Assembly: GCA_028688375.1 (NCBI GenBank)
Contig: JAQTYG010000001.1
Coordinates: 7,793-71,792 of the forward strand
Direction of reading: 5' to 3'
Source of the DNA: Patescibacteria group bacterium
Lineage (GTDB): Bacteria > Patescibacteriota > Patescibacteriia > Magasanikbacterales > GWA2-37-8
Length of the DNA: 64,000 nt
The translations under genes and the position numbers were made by a program. Shown here piece by piece: positions 19,147-28,022 of the stretch. The notes beneath the pieces were generated by a model. It was not told the DNA's origin and did not search any database. It saw only the letters and a program-made list of their open reading frames with translations. Position 1 is the first letter of the stretch; each line of letters begins with the position of its first letter.

Positions 19147-19578
19147 ATGTTCATAGGCGAATATTCCCACAATCTAGATGATAAAGGGCGTTTGGCTGTT
19201 CCGGTCAAATTTCGGCCTGATTTGGAGGATGGAGCGGTTGTAACCAGAGGTTTGGACAGCTGTCTTTTTCTTTATACAAAAAAAGAGTGGGCCAAGTTGG
19301 CGGAAAAATTAGCGGCTCTGCCCATTAGCCAATCCAACAGCCGGGCCTTCGCCCGTTTGATGCTGGCCGGCGCCATGGACGTGGATATGGACAAGCAGGG
19401 TCGGGTGGTGGTGCCGGAATACTTGCGTCAATTCGCCGGCATGAAAAAGAATGTGGTGGTGGCGGGCTTGTATAATCGTTTAGAACTTTGGGACGAAGAG
19501 AGCTGGGAAAAATATAAAAATCAAACTGAGGCTGAAAGTGGCGAAATCGCCGAACGCATGGCGGAACTGGGAGTTTAA
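19147..19578 (+). CDS. mraZ: transcriptional regulator MraZ
   Basis: MFIGEYSHNLDDKGRLAVP, and a second SpoVT-AbrB repeat. Confidence 0.8.
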   Translation: MFIGEYSHNLDDKGRLAVPVKFRPDLEDGAVVTRGLDSCLFLYTKKEWAKLAEKLAALPISQSNSRAFARLMLAGAMDVDMDKQGRVVVPEYLRQFAGMKKNVVVAGLYNRLELWDEESWEKYKNQTEAESGEIAERMAELGV

Positions 19579-19582
19579 AATT

Positions 19583-20503
19583 ATGAAACACATTCCGGTA
19601 TTAATGGCTGAAGTGATTGAGGGGCTAAATTTGGAATCAAACACCAACGTGATTGATTGTACCCTGGGCGATGCTGGACACGCGGAGATAATTTTGGAGA
19701 AAATTGGTCCGAAAGGTCAATTGCTCGGGATCGATGCCGATCCGGAATCACTTTTACGGGCTAAAAGAAATTTGTATAAATTCGGCGAGCGAGTGATTTA
19801 CGCCAGAGATAATTTTGTCAATTTAACCAAGATTGTTTCGGCCAACAAATTCACACCGGTCAGCGCCGTTCTGATGGATCTGGGCTGGTCCACTCCGCAG
19901 TTTGCCGAGCGGGGCCGGGGATTCAGCTTTGAACCGCCGGCTGGCGGAGACGAGCCGTTGGACATGAGGTACGACCCGAATGACCGACAAAACGATTTGC
20001 CGACGGCCGCTGATATATTAAATAAATCCAGCGAAGCGGAATTGGCCAAGATTTTTAAAAATTACGGCGAGGAAAAATTCAGCCGAGACATCGCCGAAGA
20101 GATCTGCCGGGTCAGAAAAACGCGACCGCTAGAGCAAACGAAAGAATTGGTGGAGATAATTTTGTCAGTTTATCGAACTAAATTAAATAGCAAAAAAGAT
20201 GTGCCCTGGATCGGCGGGATTCATCCGGCGACCAAGGTGTTCCAGGCCCTGCGCCTGGCTGTCAATCGAGAGCTCGAGGTATTAAAACAAGCATTGCCTC
20301 AAGCTCTGGACGCGCTGACGGCTGGCGGACGGCTGGCGGTGATCACCTTCCATTCGTTGGAAGATAGAATCGTCAAGCAATATTTTCAATCGTCGGGCAA
20401 TGTAAAAATTATCAACAAAAAACCGCTGGTCGCTTCCGCGGAAGAAATCGCGGCCAATCCGCGCTCTCGCAGCGCTAAATTGCGGGTCGTAGAAAAAATA
20501 TAG
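19583..20503 (+). CDS. rsmH: 16S rRNA (cytosine1402-N4)-methyltransferase RsmH
   Basis: HIPVLMAEV...DCTLG...MDLGWS motifs typical of MraW/RsmH. Confidence 0.85.
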   Translation: MKHIPVLMAEVIEGLNLESNTNVIDCTLGDAGHAEIILEKIGPKGQLLGIDADPESLLRAKRNLYKFGERVIYARDNFVNLTKIVSANKFTPVSAVLMDLGWSTPQFAERGRGFSFEPPAGGDEPLDMRYDPNDRQNDLPTAADILNKSSEAELAKIFKNYGEEKFSRDIAEEICRVRKTRPLEQTKELVEIILSVYRTKLNSKKDVPWIGGIHPATKVFQALRLAVNRELEVLKQALPQALDALTAGGRLAVITFHSLEDRIVKQYFQSSGNVKIINKKPLVASAEEIAANPRSRSAKLRVVEKI

Positions 20504-20510
20504 CGCCAAT

Positions 20511-20882
20511 ATGTCTTGGAAAAGGAGAGTAAAATATCAGTTTGATTATTACCGCCGCCGGGCGCTGGGTGTTTTTGGCTATGCCGCTTTGCCGGATTAT
20601 TTTACCGGTCGAACGGCCAGAATTGTTTATATTACGATATTAGTGGCAACCAGTTTAATCTATATTTGCCAGACCAGTTTAGCCGCCGGTTCCGGCTACG
20701 AGATGCGTGATTTGCAAAATAAGGTCAATACTTTGCAAGAAGACATTCAAAAAATTGAAGTGGAAATCGCGGAAAATACTTCCATGGCCAAATTGGAAAC
20801 CCGGTTGGCCGAACTGAATATGGTGGCGATCTCGGACATTAAATACATTAGTGCCGTGGAAACCGCCGTAGCGAAGAAATAG
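20511..20882 (+). CDS. ftsL: FtsL-like cell division protein
   Basis: Single TM helix plus coiled coil, at the canonical position after rsmH. Confidence 0.55.
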   Translation: MSWKRRVKYQFDYYRRRALGVFGYAALPDYFTGRTARIVYITILVATSLIYICQTSLAAGSGYEMRDLQNKVNTLQEDIQKIEVEIAENTSMAKLETRLAELNMVAISDIKYISAVETAVAKK

Positions 20883-20890
20883 CGCGGTCA

Positions 20891-20951
20891 GTTCTCAGTT
20901 CACAGTTCGTAGTTCACAGCCTGCCTGTCGGTAGGCAGGGTAGGCAGGTCC
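20891..20951. repeat. short GTTCACAGTTCG repeat followed by a CCTGCCTGTCGGTAGGCAGG hairpin-family copy
   Basis: GTTCACAGTTCGTAGTTCACAGCC resembles 13189-13220. The GC hairpin resembles 26828-26847, 50412-50431 and 59529-59545. Confidence 0.6.
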
Positions 20952-20965
20952 ACAGTATTAAGAGT

Positions 20966-20988
20966 CCCGCTCGTGCGGGTTTTTTTAT
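20966..20988 (+). terminator. rho-independent terminator
   Basis: CCCGCTCGTGCGGG followed by TTTTTTT. Confidence 0.65.
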
Positions 20989-21076
20989 TTTATGATATAA
21001 TAAAAACAAAGAAACAATAACCAAGAAACAATAACCAAAACCAAAAACGGCCGGCAATCACCCTGTTTCTTGTATC

Positions 21077-21466
21077 TTGGTTATTGGAATTTGTCACCCT
21101 ATGTTTATCCTGGTTTTACAACGCGTGTTAGTCGGAGCAGTGCTGGATATTTTTTATTTTCCTCTTTGGTGGTATACCGTCGGCGCAAAACACGCCCTGC
21201 TTTGGTGCGTGGGACTTTTAGCCTACGGCAACGACAATTTCGCCCCCGGCCTGTGGCTGAAAAATATTTTTGTGCCCATGTACGGGCAGTATGATTTTCA
21301 AGGCAGGATCATCAGTTTTTTGATGCGTTTGGCGCAAATTATCGGCCGTTCGGTTGCTTTGGCGGTTTGGCTGGTTCTCTGTTTGATTTTATTTTTTATT
21401 TGGCTTTTAATCCCGGTAGTGATTGTTTGGGGATTGACGCGCGCTTTAAGCGTACCTAAAATATGA
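21077..21466 (+). CDS. hypothetical integral membrane protein
   Basis: Four hydrophobic helices. ATGA overlap with the downstream gene. Confidence 0.4.
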   Translation: MVIGICHPMFILVLQRVLVGAVLDIFYFPLWWYTVGAKHALLWCVGLLAYGNDNFAPGLWLKNIFVPMYGQYDFQGRIISFLMRLAQIIGRSVALAVWLVLCLILFFIWLLIPVVIVWGLTRALSVPKI

Positions 21467-24240
21467 TGTTTGAGAAAAAACCGCCGTTAGATATTTTGGC
21501 CTGCCCGTCATGTAAAGCGACCGGTTTGATTGGCTTTAAAAAATGCGCGCACTGCCACGGCATGTCTATGGGGCTGTCTCGGCGCGGGCAATGGCAATTC
21601 TGGTCTTATCCGTTGACGCGTTATAATCTGGCTTTACTGAACGGCCGGAGAATTTTTAATAAAATTCGACGCATCACCGCGGTGGTGCTTTGGCTTAATT
21701 GCTGGGTCTGGGCCGGATTGTTTATTTACCAAACCGGTGCTTACAAAGAATTTTTATTTGGTCCGAGCGCCTGGTTGCCGGCGCTGGCCAATTTGAGCGC
21801 CACCATTCAAATTTTATTTTGGCTGGGCGTAATTACCCTGTGTTATTTTTGGTACCGAACGATTACGGAGAAAAAAGCCCAAGGCGCGGTGGAAAAATAT
21901 GATTACGATAAAAAATCCGCCGACGAATCCACAGCCGGTAAAACTTACAGTTGGGGTGAGGCGCTAAAATTGCCGCGTCATAAAAAACGCGCCATTGATT
22001 CCACTTTTACCGACGAGGCGATGGCGGCGCTGGCCGAAGCCTATGGTTTCGCCGATAAAAATAATTACCCCACGCTTGACGCTTACCATTTATTTTACGC
22101 CCTGCTGGCTTTCAATCGCATCAGCAATGTTTTTATCCGGCTCGGTTTGCCGGCCAAATCGATTCGCGACAATATTTTTCAAATGATGGCCAAGCCGGCG
22201 AAATCGACGGCGCAGAATCGGGCGAGCATGCCCTTGTTGTCTCCGGATTTACAGCAGATACTTTTTCAGGCCTATGAAGAGGCCTATCAAGCGCACCAAG
22301 ATTATGTCAGCGTCACCGAATTATTGGTGGCGGTGGTGGCGCAGTCGCCGGAGATTCAGGAATTTTTATATGACCTGGAAGTGGACAAGCGCAAACTGGC
22401 GAACGCCGTGGAATGGGCGCGCATCCGCGAACGCCTTTATCGGCAATATATAAAATACAGCCGGGCCTCATCGCACCGTTCCAAAAAAGGCATGGATAAA
22501 GCCATGACCGCGCTGGCGACGCCGTATCTGAATGCTTTCAGTGAAGATTTGACGCTCTACGCTCAACTCGGGCGATTGGATTTCGCCGTGGCTCGCGATC
22601 GGGAAATGGAAGAACTTTTTAGAATCGTGGAAGGCGGCGGGCAAAACGTTATTTTAGTCGGCGTTCGCGGCGTGGGCAAGCGTAGTATCGTGGAAGGCCT
22701 GGCCGAGAGAATGGCGGCCGATGATGTCCCCAAACGTTTGCAGGATAAACGCTTGGTGCGTTTGAGCGTTTCCGCTTTGTTGTCCGGCACCACTCCGACC
22801 GGCGCCATTGAAAGATTGCGCAATATTTTGTCCGAAGTCAGGCGAGCGCGCAACGTTATTTTATTTATCCACAACATCCATGAATTAATCGGCGTCTCGG
22901 CCGGCGCCGGCAGTAGTTTGGACGTGGCCGACACTTTGGCCGAACAATTGAGCGGTGGAGAGGCTCTGACCATCGCCACCACGGCGACGGATGAATACGC
23001 CCGCCACATCGCCGGGTCTTCTTTGTCCGGCGTGTTTACCAAACTTGACGTTAAAGAAATGGAAGAGGACCAGGCCATTCAAGCGGTGGAATCAAGGATC
23101 GGCGCGTTGGAATACAAACACCAGGTTTTCTTTTCTTATGACGCGGTGGAAAAAGCGGTGCAGATGGCTGCGCGTTTTACTCACGAAAATTGTTTGCCGG
23201 GCAGCGCTTTGGCCATTGTCAGCGAAGCCGCCGCTTACGCGCGAAATAAAAAAGGCGCCGACTCGCTGGTCAGCGCCGAAGAAATTGCCCAGGTGGTGTC
23301 CGACAAAACCGGCATCCCGACCACGGCGATTGGCGCCGACGAATCCGGCAAACTGCTTAAGCTGGAAGAAGCCATGCACCAACGGGTGATCGGCCAGGAT
23401 GAAGCCGTGGATTTAGTGGCCAACGCTTTGCGCCGCGCGCGAGTGGAAATTCGCTCTAAAGCCAAACCGATCGCCAACTTTTTATTCCTTGGCCCGACCG
23501 GCGTCGGCAAAACCGAACTAGCCAAAACCATCGCCGCGGTGTATTTTGGCGGAGAAGAAAAAATGGTGCGCCTGGACATGAGCGAATATCAGGACAAATC
23601 CGGCATTTACCGCCTAATCGGCGCGCCCGGAGAAAAAGGCACCGGCATTTTAACCGAAGCCATCCGCCAGCACCCGTTCACTCTGTTACTGTTGGATGAA
23701 ATAGAAAAAGCCGACCCGGATATTTTAAATATTTTCTTGCAAGTAATGGACGACGGTCGTTTAACCGACAGCGCCGGCCGAGTAGTTGATTTTACTAATG
23801 CCATTATTATCGCCACTTCCAATGCGGGCACTTCTTACGTGCAGGAACAATTGCACGCCGGCCTTTCCACCGAAGCGATCAAAGAACGATTGTTACATGG
23901 TGAATTAAAACAATATTTCCGGCCGGAATTTTTAAATCGTTTTGACGGCATTGTTTTGTTCAAGCCGCTCGCTTTGGCAGACATTAAAAAAATCGCCAAG
24001 CTAATGCTGAAGCGCGTGGCCGCCGACTTGGATGCCAAAGGCATCGAGCTGGTAATTGGCGAAGCCGCTCTGGACTTTTTGGCCCAAGCCGGATATGATC
24101 CGGACTTTGGCGCCCGCCCGATGCGGCGCGTTTTGCAGGAGAGAGTGGAAAACCAGTTGGCGGAAATGTTATTGTCCGGCACGCTCAAACGCCGCGATAA
24201 AGTAATGGTCGGCGGCAATGGGGAATTAAGCGTAATTTAA
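21463..24240 (+). CDS. membrane-anchored Clp-family AAA+ ATPase (ClpB/ClpC-like) with N-terminal zinc ribbon, TM helices, Clp_N repeats and a degenerate NBD1
   Basis: CPSCKATG...CAHCHG zinc ribbon, then hydrophobic helices and Clp_N-like repeats. NBD1 has GVRGVGKRS, a Walker A lacking T/S. NBD2 is intact with GPTGVGKTELAK and a ClpB_D2-small domain. Confidence 0.65.
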   Translation: MMFEKKPPLDILACPSCKATGLIGFKKCAHCHGMSMGLSRRGQWQFWSYPLTRYNLALLNGRRIFNKIRRITAVVLWLNCWVWAGLFIYQTGAYKEFLFGPSAWLPALANLSATIQILFWLGVITLCYFWYRTITEKKAQGAVEKYDYDKKSADESTAGKTYSWGEALKLPRHKKRAIDSTFTDEAMAALAEAYGFADKNNYPTLDAYHLFYALLAFNRISNVFIRLGLPAKSIRDNIFQMMAKPAKSTAQNRASMPLLSPDLQQILFQAYEEAYQAHQDYVSVTELLVAVVAQSPEIQEFLYDLEVDKRKLANAVEWARIRERLYRQYIKYSRASSHRSKKGMDKAMTALATPYLNAFSEDLTLYAQLGRLDFAVARDREMEELFRIVEGGGQNVILVGVRGVGKRSIVEGLAERMAADDVPKRLQDKRLVRLSVSALLSGTTPTGAIERLRNILSEVRRARNVILFIHNIHELIGVSAGAGSSLDVADTLAEQLSGGEALTIATTATDEYARHIAGSSLSGVFTKLDVKEMEEDQAIQAVESRIGALEYKHQVFFSYDAVEKAVQMAARFTHENCLPGSALAIVSEAAAYARNKKGADSLVSAEEIAQVVSDKTGIPTTAIGADESGKLLKLEEAMHQRVIGQDEAVDLVANALRRARVEIRSKAKPIANFLFLGPTGVGKTELAKTIAAVYFGGEEKMVRLDMSEYQDKSGIYRLIGAPGEKGTGILTEAIRQHPFTLLLLDEIEKADPDILNIFLQVMDDGRLTDSAGRVVDFTNAIIIATSNAGTSYVQEQLHAGLSTEAIKERLLHGELKQYFRPEFLNRFDGIVLFKPLALADIKKIAKLMLKRVAADLDAKGIELVIGEAALDFLAQAGYDPDFGARPMRRVLQERVENQLAEMLLSGTLKRRDKVMVGGNGELSVI

Positions 24241-24247
24241 TGAGAAT

Positions 24248-24601
24248 ATGTTTTACCTGCTCAAAGTTTTTTTTAAGGACCTCTGGATGATGGTGCCGCT
24301 AGCGGTGGCCGCCCTAGCTGAGGTTTTTATGTGGGCCTATGTTTTTATCAGTATTCGTCCAAGCGGCGAACAATTTTTTTTGCACTACAATATTATTTTC
24401 GGCGTAGATTTAGTGGGGGAGTGGTGGAAGATTTTATATTTACCTCTGGGCGGTCTGCTGATTATTTTGGTCAATTTTACGCTGGCCGTTTTGTTATATA
24501 ATACCGACCGCGTTTTGGCTCGTCTGCTGGCCGCCTTTGCCGGAGTATTTGAACTATTCCTCGTTTGGGCGGTGTATCTTATCGTCAATATTAATCTTTG
24601 A
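24248..24601 (+). CDS. hypothetical membrane protein
   Basis: Three TM helices, 117 aa. Confidence 0.4.
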   Translation: MFYLLKVFFKDLWMMVPLAVAALAEVFMWAYVFISIRPSGEQFFLHYNIIFGVDLVGEWWKILYLPLGGLLIILVNFTLAVLLYNTDRVLARLLAAFAGVFELFLVWAVYLIVNINL

Positions 24602-24602
24602 T

Positions 24603-25718
24603 ATGGTAGAGAGAACCGCCTCGCGAAAGGCCGATCGACAGTTTCTGATTTATGTGGCGATTCTGGTGGCGCTCGGTTTGATTGCTTTGATTTCCGCTAG
24701 CGCCCCTTCCGGTTACAGTAAATTCGGCGACACTTATTATTTCGTTAAGCGCCAGATTATTTACGGCCTGCTCCCGGGCCTGTTTTTATTTTTAATTTTC
24801 GCCCGGATAAAAAGCCAGACCTGGTTTAAATTGAGCTGGCCTTTTTATATTTTTTGTTTGGCGCTTTTGATTTTGGTTTTCATTCCCGGCGTGGGCGCCG
24901 CCTTCAACAAAGGCGCGCATAGCTGGCTGGATTTTGGTTTTTTGCATTTTCAGCCGGCCGAACTGGCCAAGCTGGCCATTATTCTAATTTTAGCCAACCT
25001 GTTAAGCGACCCGGGCCGTGATTTGCGCGATTGGAAAAACGGCTTGTTGCCGGTGCTGGCCATGGTCGCCCCCTCGCTGGTTTTAATTTTATTGCAACCG
25101 GACATCGGCACTTTGGCGATTATGGTGGTGGTGGTTTACGCCATGCTGTATTTAGCAAAAATTCCCAAACAGTGGCTGATCGGCCTAGGCGTTTTGGGGC
25201 TAACCGCTTTTTTAATTTTAGTCGTGGCCGCGCCGTATCGGATGCAGCGCTTAAGTATTTTTTTACATCCGGAGCTGGACCCGCAGGGCATCGGCTATCA
25301 TGTTAACCAGGCGTTTTTAGCCGTGGGTTCGGGTGGAGCTTGGGGTTTGGGCTATGGCCATTCGCGACAAAAATTTCAGTACCTGCCGGAAGTCCAGGCT
25401 GATTCCATTTTTGCCATTGTCGCCGAAGAAATGGGGTTTATTATTTCTTCCGGCGTGGTGATTTTGATTCTTTTGATTGGCTGGCGCGGTTTGCGTATCG
25501 CCAAAGAATCTTCCGACCGGTTCGGTTATTTACTTGTCTCCGGTATTGTGGTATGGTTTTTTTGGCAATCGTTTGTAAATATCGGCGCCATGGTCGGGCT
25601 ACTGCCTTTGACCGGTGTCACTTTGCCTTTCGTCAGTCATGGTGGAACCTCGTTGATGATCTCACTCGCCGCCGTTGGCATTATCGCCAGCGTTAGCCGC
25701 GGACGAGTTAACACATAA
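24603..25718 (+). CDS. ftsW: SEDS-family peptidoglycan glycosyltransferase FtsW/RodA
   Basis: Ten TM helices and the conserved loop HPELDPQGIGYHVNQAFLAVGSGG. Confidence 0.8.
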   Translation: MVERTASRKADRQFLIYVAILVALGLIALISASAPSGYSKFGDTYYFVKRQIIYGLLPGLFLFLIFARIKSQTWFKLSWPFYIFCLALLILVFIPGVGAAFNKGAHSWLDFGFLHFQPAELAKLAIILILANLLSDPGRDLRDWKNGLLPVLAMVAPSLVLILLQPDIGTLAIMVVVVYAMLYLAKIPKQWLIGLGVLGLTAFLILVVAAPYRMQRLSIFLHPELDPQGIGYHVNQAFLAVGSGGAWGLGYGHSRQKFQYLPEVQADSIFAIVAEEMGFIISSGVVILILLIGWRGLRIAKESSDRFGYLLVSGIVVWFFWQSFVNIGAMVGLLPLTGVTLPFVSHGGTSLMISLAAVGIIASVSRGRVNT

Positions 25719-25721
25719 ATT

Positions 25722-26726
25722 ATGCGTTTATTGGTTTGCGGCGGGGCAGGTTTTATCGGCTCCAATTTTATCCGCCTGATGCTAGCTAGATATCCGGATT
25801 ATAAAATTATCAATCTGGACCTTTTAACTTACGCCGGAAATCTGGCTAATTTAAAAGATGTTGAACAACGCGCTAATTATAAGTTTCTTAGAGGAGATAT
25901 CAATGACTCCAAGCTGGTAGAGTCTTTGGTAAAAGACGTGGATATTATTATCAATTTTGCCGCTGAAACGCATGTGGATCGTTCCATTATGGACAGTAGC
26001 GCTTTCTTGCGCACCAATGTAATTGGCACGCAAACCCTGCTTGAAGCCGCCAAAAAATATAATCGCCGTTATCACCAAGTTTCCACCGACGAGGTCTTCG
26101 GCAGTTTGGGCCCGAATGATCCGCCGTTCAACGAGACCACGCCTTATGATCCGCGCAGTCCTTACAGTGCCTCCAAGGCCGCTTCCGACCACCTGGTTCG
26201 CGCCTACTTCCATACCTATAACCTGCCGATCACCATTACTAATTGTTCCAATAATTACGGCCCCTACCAATTTCCGGAAAAATTGCACGGACTTTTTATT
26301 ACTAATTTATTGGAAGGCAAACAAGTACCAGTTTACGGCGACGGTTTGCAACGGCGCGATTGGCTCTACGTGGAAGATCATTGTGAAGCAATTGATTTGG
26401 TGATCCATCAAGGCAAAGTGGGGGAAACTTATTGCGTCGGTGGCGAAGGCGACCGCACTAATATGGAAATTACGAATAAATTTTTAGAATTGCTCGGGTT
26501 GGGCGAAGCCATGGTTGCTCATGTTAAAGACCGTCCGGGACATGATCGGCGTTATGCGATAAATAGTGATAAAATTCGCCGTGAGTTGGGTTGGGCGCCG
26601 CGGACCAGTTTTGAAGAAGGGATGAAAAAGACGGTGGAATGGTACAAAGCGAATGTTGATTGGTGGAAAAAAATAAAAAGCGGAGAATATCTGAAATATT
26701 ACGAAGAGCAATATATTATGCGATAA
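25722..26726 (+). CDS. rfbB: dTDP-glucose 4,6-dehydratase
   Basis: GGAGFIGSN, catalytic YSASKAASD, and length typical for RmlB. Confidence 0.85.
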   Translation: MRLLVCGGAGFIGSNFIRLMLARYPDYKIINLDLLTYAGNLANLKDVEQRANYKFLRGDINDSKLVESLVKDVDIIINFAAETHVDRSIMDSSAFLRTNVIGTQTLLEAAKKYNRRYHQVSTDEVFGSLGPNDPPFNETTPYDPRSPYSASKAASDHLVRAYFHTYNLPITITNCSNNYGPYQFPEKLHGLFITNLLEGKQVPVYGDGLQRRDWLYVEDHCEAIDLVIHQGKVGETYCVGGEGDRTNMEITNKFLELLGLGEAMVAHVKDRPGHDRRYAINSDKIRRELGWAPRTSFEEGMKKTVEWYKANVDWWKKIKSGEYLKYYEEQYIMR

Positions 26727-26735
26727 ATTTCGTTT

Positions 26736-26913
26736 TGAAAATTCCAAATCCCAATGACCAATGACCAAATAAATCGCGTGAAAATCCCAAATTATAATTT
26801 AACGATTTTGTCCGCCCGAAGCGGATCCCTGCCTGCCGGCAGGCAGGCGCCTTTGGTGGAAAAATTAGAGTCTAGAATTTATTTGGGTTTTGGGGTTTGG
26901 AAATTGGGATTTA
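26736..26913. repeat. inverted-repeat MITE-like element copy 1, carrying a nested GC-hairpin insert
   Basis: Arms TTCCAAATCCCAATGACCAATGACCAAATAAAT and ATTTATTTGGGTTTTGGGGTTTGGAAATTGGGATTT. About 85% identical to 54509-54633. Nested TGTCCGCCCGAAGCGGATCCC plus CCTGCCTGCCGGCAGGCAGG at 26809-26847. Confidence 0.65.
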
Positions 26914-26980
26914 AAAACTCGGCCAAAGATCGACAAAATTAAAATTATTAAAATTCGTTTTTTGATCAGTTTATTTACTT

Positions 26981-27820
26981 ATGAAGATACTCATTATCGG
27001 CGCCGGTTGGCTGGGGCGAAGATGCGCCGAGTCCTGGCCGGATGCGATTTTATCGGACAAACAAGTTGCCACTGTCGGCGATGTTTTGGCGCTTTTGGAC
27101 GAGCACAAACCCGATGCGGTTTTAAATGCCGCTGGCGTTGTCGGCAAACCCAATGTGGATTGGTGCGAGGCTAACCAAATGGAAACGATTAAGGGTAACA
27201 CAATTTTACCTCTGATCATCGCCGAGGCTTGCCAACAGCGCGGGGTATATTTATTGCACATGGGCACCGGCTGTATTTTTTACGGCGCCGCGCCCGATGG
27301 CAGCGCCTGGAAAGAAACTGATTACGCCAACCCGGTGGCGGTTTACACCCGAACAAAATACGCGGCCGATTTGTGTTTGACCACCTTGCCTAATGTCGGC
27401 ATCGCCCGGATTCGTATGCCGATTGATGAAATATCGTTTGAAGGAAATTTAATAAATAAATTGATCAGGTTCCCGCATGTAGTTGATGTAGAGAATAGCG
27501 TAACTATCGTGCCGGACATGATAAATGTTTTTCGCGCCCTGCTTGAGAAAAAAGCCGCCGGAATTTTTCATGTCACTAATCCCGGAACCATTAAACATCG
27601 GGAAATTATCGCCATGTATGAAGAATTGGTTGATCCAAAACATAAAAATGAGTGGATTACCGAACAGGGCCTGATTGACGAGGGGCTGGCGAAGAAAAAG
27701 CGCTCCAACAATTTTATGAGTTCTACCAATCTGGAAAAATTGGGTATTCACATGAGGCCGATTAAAGAAGCCCTCCGCGATACGCTGATAAAGTACGCGG
27801 AGAACAAGAAAAAAATGTAA
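26981..27820 (+). CDS. rfbD: dTDP-4-dehydrorhamnose reductase (RmlD-like)
   Basis: MKILIIGAGWLG, PDAVLNAAG and YTRTK (YxxxK), matching the RmlD substrate-binding family. Confidence 0.6.
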   Translation: MKILIIGAGWLGRRCAESWPDAILSDKQVATVGDVLALLDEHKPDAVLNAAGVVGKPNVDWCEANQMETIKGNTILPLIIAEACQQRGVYLLHMGTGCIFYGAAPDGSAWKETDYANPVAVYTRTKYAADLCLTTLPNVGIARIRMPIDEISFEGNLINKLIRFPHVVDVENSVTIVPDMINVFRALLEKKAAGIFHVTNPGTIKHREIIAMYEELVDPKHKNEWITEQGLIDEGLAKKKRSNNFMSSTNLEKLGIHMRPIKEALRDTLIKYAENKKKM

Positions 27821-27828
27821 TAACAAAA

Positions 27829-27863
27829 AGGCCCGTCCGCCAGCTGGCGGACGGGCCTTTTTA
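27829..27863 (+). terminator. rho-independent terminator
   Basis: AGGCCCGTCCGCCAGCTGGCGGACGGGCCT followed by TTTTT. Confidence 0.8.
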
Positions 27864-27873
27864 GTTTGGACTC

Positions 27874-27902
27874 TTGACATTTTTTAAGATTCGTGTTATA
27901 TT
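27874..27902 (+). promoter_or_regulatory. sigma-70-like promoter of HD paralog 1
   Basis: TTGACA, 17-nt spacer, TATATT. Followed by a ~120-nt leader containing GGAATACAAACAAA. Confidence 0.55.
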
Positions 27903-28022
27903 TATTTGTCCTTTAACAACTTAAAGGTAAATTTACAGAATACTTAGGGCGCGAGGAATACAAACAAAATCGCCCATGACGGGCCAAAATATCCGCCGAG
28001 AGCGGAATAGGAGAGTGACGCG

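Noticed and set aside
22563-24218. Multiple antisense ORFs within the Clp-like gene
   Set aside because: The sense-strand gene has full AAA+ domain support, and the antisense ORFs lack start contexts.
26754-27174. ORFs 26754-26942 and 26890-27174, and the N-terminal extension of 54605-55957
   Set aside because: They lie inside the two copies of the inverted-repeat element, so identical phantom peptides arise at both loci. The true murE-like start is the ATG at 54662.
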